From Monocercomonoides exilis PA203 (lineage: Eukaryota > Protista > Preaxostyla), in assembly GCA_001643675.2 (NCBI GenBank), contig LSRY02000050.1:1-64000 (forward strand): 64,000 nt of DNA. Reading direction: 5' to 3'. The notes beneath the pieces are model-generated. The model was not told the DNA's origin, ran no database searches, and saw only the letters and a list, made by a program, of their open reading frames with translations. Position numbers and translations under genes: made by a program. Shown piece by piece: positions 15,001 to 25,177 of the stretch; within the stretch, counting starts at the first letter, position 1; each line of letters begins with the position of its first letter.

Positions 15001-17972
15001 TCAATGAAATATTTCTCAAAACTTCACCAAGTGATGTGACAATGCAAGAGAGTGTGATGGGAGAGCGTTGCAAGGCGCTCCCCACTCTCGACGAGCCGGA
15101 AGGAACGCGCTGCGCGCTGCCCTAGGCCTTTTCCAGTCAATTTCCCTTATTAACCGAATTTTCTTTGTTTTTTTGCGGGGCGGGGAGGGCGCGGTGAGTG
15201 GTGTGGCCTGCTGTGCAGGCCACAGGAGCTCAGGGGGCTATTTACACAAATTTTGTAATTTTTGTCGAAAAAGAAGTATTGAGAATAATTGGTGTTGAGT
15301 GATATTTCGGGTGAGAGGGCCTTCTCAGAGGGAAAAAAGCCTTCCCACCCAAAAATATCAATGAAATATTTCTCAAAACTTCACCAAGTGATGTGACAAT
15401 GCAAGAGAGTGTGATGGGAGAGCGTTGCAAGGCGCTCCCCACTCTCGACGAGCCGGAAGGAACGCGCTGCGCGCTGCCCTAGGCCTTTTCCAGTCAATTT
15501 CCCTTATTAACCGAATTTTCTTTTGTTTTTTTTTTTTTGCGGGGCGGGGAGGGCGCGGTGAGTGGTGTGGCCTGCTGTGCAGGCCACAGGAGCCAGGGGG
15601 CTATTTACACAAATTTTGTAATTTTTGTCGAAAAAGAAGTATTGAGAATAATTGGTGTTGAGTGATATTTCGGGTGAGAGGGCCTTCTCAGAGGGAAAAA
15701 GCCTTCCCACCCAAAAATATCAATGAAATATTTCTCAAAACTTCACCAAGTGATGTGACAATGCAAGAGAGTGTGATGGGAGAGCGTTGCAAGGCGCTCC
15801 CCACTCTCGACGAGCCGGAAGGAACGCGCTGCGCGCTGCCCTAGGCCTTTTCCAGTCAATTTCCCTTATTAACCGAATTTTCTTTGTTTTTTTTTTTTGC
15901 GGGGCGGGGAGGGCGCGGTGAGTGGTGTGGCCTGCTGTGCAGGCCACAGGAGCTCAGGGGGCTATTTACACAAATTTTGTAATTTTTGTCGAAAAAGAAG
16001 TATTGAGAATAATTGGTGTTGAGTGATATTTCGGGTGAGAGGGCCTTCTCAGAGGGAAAAAGCCTTCCCACCCAAAAATATCAATGAAATATTTCTCAAA
16101 ACTTCACCAAGTGATGTGACAATGCAAGAGAGTGTGATGGGAGAGCGTTGCAAGGCGCTCCCCACTCTCGACGAGCCGGAAGGAACGCGCTGCGCGCTGC
16201 CCTAGGCCTTTTCCAGTCAATTTCCCTTATTAACCGAATTTTCTTTGTTTTTTTTTTTGCGGGGCGGGGAGGGCGCGGTGAGTGGTGTGGCCTGCTGTGC
16301 AGGCCACAGGAGCTCAGGGGGCTATTTACACAAATTTTGTAATTTTTGTCGAAAAAGAAGTATTGAGAATAATTGGTGTTGAGTGATATTTCGGGTGAGA
16401 GGGCCTTCTCAGAGGGAAAAAGCCTTCCCACCCAAAAATATCAATGAAATATTTCTCAAAACTTCACCAAGTGATGTGACAATGCAAGAGAGTGTGATGG
16501 GAGAGCGTTGCAAGGCGCTCCCCACTCTCGACGAGCCGGAAGGAACGCGCTGCGCGCTGCCCTAGGCCTTTTCCAGTCAATTTCCCTTATTAACCGAATT
16601 TTCTTTGTTTTTTTTTTTGCGGGGCGGGGAGGGCGCGGTGAGTGGTGTGGCCTGCTGTGCAGGCCACAGGAGCCAGGGGGCTATTTACACAAATTTTGTA
16701 ATTTTTGTCGAAAAGAAGTATTGAGAATAATTGGTGTTGAGTGATATTTCGGGTGAGAGGGCCTTCTCAGAGGGAAAAAGCCTTCCCACCCAAAAATATC
16801 AATGAAATATTTCTCAAAACTTCACCAAGTGATGTGACAATGCAAGAGAGTGTGATGGGAGAGCGTTGCAAGGCGCTCCCCACTCTCGACGAGCCGGAAG
16901 GAACGCGCTGCGCGCTGCCCTAGGCCTTTTCCAGTCAATTTCCCTTATTAACCGAATTTTCTTTGTTTTTTTTTGCGGGGCGGGGAGGGCGCGGTGAGTG
17001 GTGTGGCCTGCTGTGCAGGCCACAGGAGCTCAGGGGGCTATTTACACAAATTTTGTAATTTTTGTCGAAAAAGAAGTATTGAGAATAATTGGTGTTGAGT
17101 GATATTTCGGGTGAGAGGGCCTTCTCAGAGGGAAAAAGCCTTCCCACCCAAAAATATCAATGAAATATTTCTCAAAACTTCACCAAGTGATGTGACAATG
17201 CAAGAGAGTGTGATGGGAGAGCGTTGCAAGGCGCTCCCCACTCTCGACGAGCCGGAAGGAACGCGCTGCGCGCTGCCCTAGGCCTTTTCCAGTCAATTTC
17301 CCTTATTAACCGAATTTTCTTTGTTTTTTTTTTTGCGGGGGCGGGGAGGGCGCGGTGAGTGGTGTGGCCTGCTGTGCAGGCCACAGGAGCCAGGGGGCTA
17401 TTTACACAAATTTTGTAATTTTTGTCGAAAAAGAAGTATTGAGAATAATTGGTGTTGAGTGATATTTCGGGTGAGAGGGCCTTCTCAGAGGGAAAAAGCC
17501 TTCCCACCCAAAAATATCAATGAAATATTTCTCAAAACTTCACCAAGTGATGTGACAATGCAAGAGAGTGTGATGGGAGAGCGTTGCAAGGCGCTCCCCA
17601 CTCTCGACGAGCCGGAAGGAACGCTGCGCGCTGCCCTAGGCCTTTTCCAGTCAATTTCCCTTATTAACCGAATTTTCTTTGTTTTTTTTTTTTGCGGGGC
17701 GGGGAGGGCGCGGTGAGTGGTGTGGCCTGCTGTGCAGGCCACAGGAGCCAGGGGGCTATTTACACAAATTTTGTAATTTTTGTCGAAAAAGAAGTATTGA
17801 GAATAATTGGTGTTGAGTGATATTTCGGGTGAGAGGGCCTTCTCAGAGGGAAAAAGCCTTCCCACCCAAAAATATCAATGAAATATTTCTCAAAACTTCA
17901 CCAAGTGATGTGACAATGCAAGAGAGTGTGATGGGAGAGCGTTGCAAGGCGCTCCCCACTCTCGACGAGCCG
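1..17972. repeat. Head-to-tail tandem array (complex satellite), ~355-bp unit, ~51 full copies plus a partial last copy; it starts at base 1 and may continue left of the window
   Basis: The marker TCCCACCCAAAAATATCAATG recurs at about 1, 344, 686 ... 17142, 17502, 17860 (52 occurrences counted by eye). The period is ~335-350 bp on the left and ~353-360 bp on the right. Differences are mostly homopolymer indels. Identity with the unit stops after ...CTCGACGAGCCG at ~17972. Confidence 0.98.
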
Positions 17973-18060
17973 AAGTCACGTCGCTTCGCACAAAATGCTC
18001 GCTTCGCTCGCATTTCGTGCTCGCTCCTTAGACTTTTGCTCGTCGAGCTTAGGGGAGCGC
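17949..18060 (-). other. Long fold-back hairpin at the array/unique-sequence junction
   Basis: Nested inverted repeats: GCGCTCCCC/GGGGAGCGC, CTCGACGAGC/GCTCGTCGAG and AAGTC/GACTT. On the minus strand the core reads GCACGAAATGC-GA-GC-GAA-GC-GA-GCATTTTGTGC. Confidence 0.9.
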
Positions 18061-20778
18061 TATTATTTTTTTTTTTTTTTAATTTTTAAATTTTTATTTT
18101 ATCATTTTGCATCGAATGTATTTATTTTATATTTTTTTGAAAATTATCAAAAATACCATATTATAATTTTATGTAATATAGCATTTGCAAAAACTATGAA
18201 ACGAATTGATTTTGAGTGATACATCCTCAACATTCGTTAACAAATCATTCTTACGTCTTGTTTCATGTATGTGCTGTTTTCTTTACATTTATTTTTCCGT
18301 TCTGATATGTTGCACATTTTGTGATAGATTTCTTGACTAGCTGTTTGTATTTCGTGCAATCATCGTAATATTCATTACAAATCTTTTACAGACAAAAGAT
18401 CTTCATCACTAAATTTTATTCTTCATCCGATTTCATTCCATCATAACAATTCGCAATAATTGTGACATTATTTTTTCAGATCTCAATGAATGCAACAAAT
18501 CAAGAGAAATCTTAAAGAAAATATTTTATCGTTCATTCAATAATTGTTTTTCAAACCTTTATGCAACAAACAACAAGTATCTCTTCTAGTCCTTTGTTTT
18601 CCGAAAGTTCGTAAGCAATTTCATGATAATTTGAGAAATACTACATTTCATTTTATATCACTCTCAATAAAAAGTCAAAAAAATTATCAAATAAATTGAA
18701 TATTTTTATTTTTTATTAAATATTGATGTCAAACCTTGATTTCATTAAAACTTCAAATAAAACTAGACTGAATTCAAGTAATCATAATGACATTAATCAA
18801 TGAACTTCAATGAAAATGTATATTCTTATTATTATCAACAGTTTATCTTGTTGATAATGAAAATCATCGATGATGTCCTTTCAATTAACGTAATGTCCTT
18901 CTTGATTTCATTTCAAGCTCATTCCAGCCAATTCTTTTCTTCCACAACAGATCCGAATAATATCATCAATTGTTTTTCACAACGAATTTGTGCCAATGCG
19001 TTGAGAAAAAATGTCGACTGTCATTCATGTTTCATATTCGATCAAACTTCATTTCATGAAAATTTTTTCTTTAGTGGATTTTCCTTTATCAGCATTTTTC
19101 CATCTTTGCATCTTGTTCCAGCTTAACAAATTACTTTTTTCTTTTTGCGCTATCTTCGTTCATCTTTTAACTTCATCACAGCTATTTCGTTTGCTCAAAA
19201 CATAAATTCTTTCTTTTAATGTCATTAATCAATGAAAATATAAACATTTATAAAATAACTTTCGCTAACAATGCACACACTTTTTATATCATCTAATGTT
19301 TGAATGACTGCTTGACAAAATTCTGATTTGTTTGAAAAAAACTTGCTGTATCAAATTATGATCACAATGAATACCATACAAAAAAATATATAGAACAAAA
19401 CATTCAATAACAATTTATTTATCGAAATCAGCAAAGTGAAATAAAAATGAAACGCAAAATCCTTATTTTGTTTGAAAATTATTCTTCAATTATGTTAAAA
19501 TCTGTAATAGTGCAGTCTGATTCACATATTTTTTGTCTCATTTATTTTGTATTTTGTTCTGCTTTCTTCCTCATGCAAATATCGAACATCTCTATTCAAT
19601 AGAGTGAATGCAAAGATTTATCCATGCGCACTGTTGAGAATTACCTTTGAAACAGAGATTATTTGAAAAAACCAAACCAAGTTATGTGTTCAAACAGAAT
19701 TGAAAGAAACTGATTCTGATTCAAAACTTTTGCTATTCGTTGTGCTTTGTTATTTGGTATTTGGATGCATCGTGAAATATCTTTTCTGCATTCAGATTGA
19801 ATGAAGATGCTCCAACAAAATGATTAAAGAAAGCAATCATTCACATTTCACATGATTCAAATGAATTTTCCAATTTCATCATTCAGCAGTTTTTGGTGAA
19901 ATAGTACTTTGCCCATTTTTGTGTTATCATGAATAACTTTTCTTTAACTAAAACAATTCAATTTTGCTTTTGTTTTCTCGTTAGAATAATCGATAACAAC
20001 ATGATCTTCCAAAAACCAATTCATTATTCTTTGTACTTGATGATTGTTTCATTCGACTTTCTTTAATTCCTCTTGTTCAGATGACAAAGAAATTAATTAT
20101 CATCGCCATTTTCAACGATCGAACGGAGACAAAAAACAAATCTTTCTAAGAACATTTCTCGAATCGCCATTTGTTTCTTTTGCAAAACAAATGAATAACA
20201 AAAACTCTTGATAAACTCAATTTCTGAAAAATGTTGCAATGCATTTGATTGTGAATATATCTCATTTAAAGAAGAAACGATGATGAATGACTTGAATGAA
20301 CTCATTGATATTTAATGATCAACCATCACAATTCATTTGTTTGTGATCATCGTATTCGTTCATTAAATATGCGTTTCATGGATTCCTATTCTAATTAGCT
20401 TTCATTGTGCTGTCTGCAACCTCCTTCCATCATTGAGAATGTTCACCAGGCTTAAAACGTCAACAACAAGTTTGCTTTTGTTTTCCTACTCAAATCTAAT
20501 TAAATTATCCTTCATTTGTTGCAACATTTATCTCAGTCCACATATATAATCTTTTGTCACAGAAAGATTGGTGTTTTTAATGTTGCAAAACACGAAAAAT
20601 TAAAAACTCAATTTAAAACATTTCACGCTTTTATTAAAACCTCTCTTTTTATCGGAATGTTTGTGTATGAATTAATAAAAAACAATTGTACTGATTGAAT
20701 ATGAAAAAAAGATAATGAGAATATAAACAAACAGTAAGCGCCCTGTGGAAATGAACTTCCAAACAATAATAAAGAGTG

Positions 20779-23155
20779 TCAATTCTTCTCTCCTCCTTTC
20801 TCTTTCTCAGGTGCAGAGTTCAAGTTTCCCAATTGTGGATGATCCGTCTTAAATTGTTCATATTTTGTCATGGATTTTGAATAGTCACTCATTGATCTAT
20901 CTTTCGTGATGTGTCGTATTCTATCTCTGCAAGAGTTTGCAGTTCTTTCGAATAATTGCTGACTTGCAGTTTTGAAATCTCCAGACTGCAAAAAACTTTT
21001 CATCAGTATCCGATCTTCTTCTGCTGTCCATCTGCGTCTTGATTTTGTTCCAAGTATCTTGTTGATGGGTCTATTCTCTCTAAGTGGAACTTTTTCTTTT
21101 GGTCTATGAAATTTGAGTTTCGTGCTTCCATTCAAATACTCTTGTATTCCTGCTAAATATAAACGTACTGCTTCCACAACATTTTTATTCTTCTTCAGTT
21201 TCTGTAATAAATCGATTCTAGCTTGCTTCATGAATGTGTTTCCCTTTTCACACTTAACATTATGATTATTCAAATACGATGAAGCAGCCAACCGATTCAA
21301 TCGGATTACGCAATTATATGGATAAAAGAACTCACTGCACGTGGCTTTTATTATTTCGAGAACATAAAAGTCAAATGCAAGTATAATTGATTCCTCCTTC
21401 CAAATTGGCTCATTTAATTTGATGTTGTGATATATTGCAGGACTTGTTAAAGTCATATCATAGTAATCATCGGATTCAATTGCTTCATCCTGGAATCCAA
21501 GCCTATTACCAATTATTACAGCCTTCTCAGTCTCTTTCACATATTCCCACTGGGATTTTTGAAATGAAGGCCCAATTACCTACAAAAGCTGTCGCCTCAA
21601 GCACCTGTTTCCTTTTTCCTGGTTTTCCCCTGCTTTTAGCAAAGCTGAGCAAATAAAACCCGACCTAAAGGAATGAAAGCCAAACAGGTTATCAGGATAA
21701 CCTGCTTGGACAGCTCTTTTTCAGTCGAACTCTCATTGCACCCTTTCTAAGTTGCCAGATAAATTGCTCCTCCAACTCCTTAAGCTCCCATTTGTCAAAA
21801 TTGGTTAGGGAGAGTCCAAACTCCTCCACCAAATACTGCTCCAGCCACCATATTACGTTAAGTTGATGCTTTTCGTTAATTGCTCCTTCCACCGTAACAC
21901 AGTGATTGTCACCATTCCACCCTTTCCCACACTCAAGATTAAACGTAACTTTGATAAAATTTGAGTTGGGAGGAGAGTAAACTCGGATGATATCCTTCAA
22001 TCTTATATGAGCACATGTTTGTGCTCTCGCTCCCGTTGAAAGAGCAAACAAGAACAAGGAAGCCTCTTGGGGCTTCTCAACTATCCAGTCGGGATAGCAT
22101 TCTAAAATACGTTGCAAATCTGATACGATGAGAGGCTGTTTTTTCCATTTATTTTCATTCTCCTCTCTCATTTTTGGCAAAGGCAATCCTTTCTTCTTTC
22201 TTTTTCTGATCCATGTTTTGATTTCCATTAATGCTCGATGAACTTTCATTCTGACTTTATCCTTCACAGGTTTTCCAGTTTTTGTCTCAGATATATTGAA
22301 AAGAGATGATCGAATGCCATTCTTTATTGTTTCAACAGAATAACCGACTGCAGTTCCAAGCAACTTCATAAATCCATACACAGGTTTTGCCTTCAATGGG
22401 AAAGGTTCCTTCTTTGCCATTTTGCAATAATCAATGAACATTCCACAAACCCATTTGTGTGTTTTAACAGTTTCGTCACAGAATGGTAAACCCTTCTCCA
22501 CATATGGTTGTAACTCTTCTCTTGAATAGGATCTCAACATATCTGAAAACTTTGTAGGAGAATCATAAGCATATCTTTGTGTTGTCAATGCAGGGTTTGT
22601 TGAAGGTGATGAAGAATTGTCTGGAAGAATATCTAACATTGTTGCATTAATATTTCCATATAAGTCTTTGAAATCAAGAGCGAATGCATCTTTTGATTCA
22701 AATGAAACTTTTTCAGATATCGCCTTTTCCTTTTTCTCCAATTCATCCAATTTTTCAGAAATAATTGACAAATTCTTATCATTGACAAGAACTGAGACCT
22801 TTCTTCTTTTGGATGATTGCATTGCGGACCAAATTGAAGATTTTCTATCTTTGTGCCTAATTTTTGAAGGATGGCAATCACAATATTGAAAATCACAATT
22901 TGTTTCTGTTGATTCGGAATCTTTCATTTCATCATCGTCTGTGTTTTCTTTTGTTGATAGAGAAGATGAAAACTCTTCATAGCATGAATTGGCATTTTCC
23001 ATGTCTGTTTGGCAATCATAAGTGTTATCATCTGTATCAGTTTGAGAATCTTCAAAAGATGACTTTATAAGAGAAGGAAGTTTTTTCATAAAATCAATCT
23101 TTGATTTCCTTTGAGTTGTGCTGCAGTCGACTTCAAAGCATTCATTATCTTCCAA
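20779..23155 (-). CDS. Tyrosine recombinase with C-terminal Myb/SANT domain (YR-Myb copy 1); three frameshifts in A-runs, so either sequencing errors or a young pseudogene
   Basis: ORF 23155-21692 has EASLFLFALSTGARAQT (catalytic R) and GKG. Frame-hopping through 21720-21541 gives AGYPDNLFGFHSFRSGFICSALLKAG..KQVLEATAFVGNW..WEYVKE (HxxR, W, Y), which joins ORF 21540-20779. That ORF ends with the Myb repeat RRRWTAEEDRILMKSFLQSGDFKTASQQLFERTANSCRDRIRHI. It is colinear with the 25178-26920 protein. Confidence 0.88.
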
Positions 23156-23204
23156 CGAAATATTTTCTTCGTTTTGACTGTCAGGTTTTGTCTTTAAATT
23201 TTCT

Positions 23205-24314
23205 TCAAGAATTTTCTCTCTTTTTCGCTCTTCTTTTCAATTTTATTCGAAATAAACTCGGTTCCATCTTCTTCCATGAATATTCTTTCAAAAGTGTCAC
23301 AACAAATGTTGCTCGTTGAAATCGAACAAGATGCAGAAGCCGAAGCTGAATTTCTTTGATTGCATATCGATTCTGTAAATGGATTTTCTGAGATTTCTGA
23401 GAAAACATTATCTTTTTCTTTTTTTGAAAAGTTAAAGAATGAGATTAACTTAGATTTAAACGCAAACCATTTTCTGAGGAATTTGATTTCTTTTCTGAAT
23501 ATTTCGCTCTTCTGTGTTTTCTTTTTTTATTGCTTGTTCTTTTCTTCTCATTCTGCTCATGTGCAGTTTGAGAAGATGGGTGCGATTTCTTCAAATTGAA
23601 TTCCTGTTTTTCCTCTGCCTTATTCTGTTTCGCGTTTGTGCAAGTATCGTCTGAAGATTCCATGTGTTCCAAACATTTCTTGTCCAAATTTTCTTTTCGG
23701 GATATAAAAAGAGGTCTCGGATATGGAGATTTATGTTGATAATCTCGAAGGTGATCTAATGAAGGTTGTGGTGAAAGATTTTTTAACAGCGTTGAATAAT
23801 AATCCACAGAAGGAATTTCATCTTCTTTCATGAAATTTAGAAGCCAGTTTGAAATTGAATCTGAATAAGGCTTTTTCTCTATTTCTTTTTCATTGGACAC
23901 TGCTTCTTCTTTTTCTTGATCATGTTGTTTTTTATAAGCCAACCTTGGGCAATAAAACATTGGTGTCGAAATTACAGATTCGTATTCTTGTGTAGTTGAA
24001 GCCAGATGCAATGGAGAGCTCGGACAAGGAATTGAAGAAGAAGATGAAGGAGAAAATGGAGGTGAAAAAGAGTGAGAATATGATGATCGCGGTGATGGAG
24101 AATGAGAAGGAGAATGATGAAAATAAACTGGAGAGAATGGCGGAGGAGAAAAAAAACCAGGTTGTGAAGGGGAAAGAATTGCATCGGATGTTGTTTCATC
24201 ACTTTCATCGCTGTCGCTGCTGTCATCTTCCGAAGAAAATGTTTCTTTCTGAATTTTCCTGATTTTTTCTATTATTGAAGTTGATAATAAAATTAATATT
24301 ATAATTTTAAACAT
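23205..24314 (-). CDS. Ser/Pro- and charge-rich low-complexity coding segment; possibly upstream exons of YR-Myb copy 1 or a separate accessory gene
   Basis: ORFs 24314-23445 and 23408-23205 lie on the same strand directly upstream of the YR ORF. Candidate GT..AG introns are near 24330-24270 and 23448-23400. No recognisable domain. Confidence 0.4.
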
Positions 24315-25126
24315 TAAATCAAATACAAACTTCCGATTTTTGTATTCTTATGACTGTAATCCAGAAGCAATTCAGAATTAGTTTACAAATCATTAGAATA
24401 TGAAGTGCATACGTATTAATGCGATAGGCTTGAAAGCTTTGCATTCAAATTGTTTGCTCAGTAATAAAAAATATTCTTTTCTTTATTAATATTTTTGATC
24501 AAATCACAATATTCATATTTTTTGTGAACAATTAGAAAATTTTAATATTGAAATCATGCAAATAATTATTCGCTATAAAGTTATTTATTATAGTCAATTG
24601 GAATTATCTTCCAAGTCAGTTTTTCAGAGCAAAGAAAAAGTTCATAAGTTCAAAATAATTGTTCATTGTTGTTTATAGACTTTTTAATTGAAAAAAGAAC
24701 CTGCCAAACAGCTATAAAATTTATACAAATCAGATGATTCTGTTGAATTGAAATGTTAAAAGGCTCACTGTTAATGGATATCAATAACTTTGCTTTTATT
24801 TTCAATTTTCATATGCATATAAGAAAAAGAAACAATCAATAGTCAATAATGTTTTTTATTAAAAACGACTTCACACCCGCTTAAAACACTGAAACACTGA
24901 TATTGATAAGTGTACGTAAACCAGTCAATTAAAACCTTTTCTGTTGAAAAAATTTAAATACATTATGATCAAACTTTATTATAAAAATGATATTTAAAAA
25001 ATCATAAATCTCTCTATGATTTGTATTTTACTCCAAATATACCGGTTCAAAAAATGAGCAAATTTTGTTAATCAATATTTTGCTACGATCTGGATCGTCA
25101 GATCAAAAATTTAATCAAAAAAAACG

Positions 25127-25140
25127 TAACCCTAACCTAA
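25127..25140. promoter_or_regulatory. Telomere-like motif TAACCCTAACCTAA just upstream of YR-Myb copy 2
   Basis: The sequence is directly visible. A second CCTAACCCTAAC lies at ~28488-28499. Function is inferred only. Confidence 0.35.
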
Positions 25141-25177
25141 ATACAAGGACCAGTCTGCAGCACTTGAAGAACAAAAT

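Noticed and set aside
11677-17040. GAGCCAGG vs GAGCTCAGG unit variants as higher-order repeat structure
   Set aside because: This is a single-base indel with no clear periodicity, compatible with base-calling error.
17665-17670. TAACCG (Myb CNGTTR consensus) in each unit
   Set aside because: A degenerate 6-mer is expected by chance in 355 bp, so it is not evidence by itself.
17502-17860. Hammerhead ribozyme, 5S rRNA or SRP RNA identity for the unit
   Set aside because: No CUGANGA core found on either strand. The minus-strand GGCCACACCAC resembles only the 5S 5' end. CCGGAAGG lacks the CAGG/AGCA loop of SRP helix 8. An Rfam search is still needed.
1-17972. Dozens of short ORFs in the array (e.g. 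MVLSDISGERAFSEGK..., MGSALQRSPITLSC...)
   Set aside because: They are translations of the repeat unit, use non-ATG starts, and change frame with homopolymer length. No coding signal.
1-17972. CRISPR array or integron cassette array
   Set aside because: There are no variable spacers or cassettes between repeats, and no cas genes; the context is eukaryotic.
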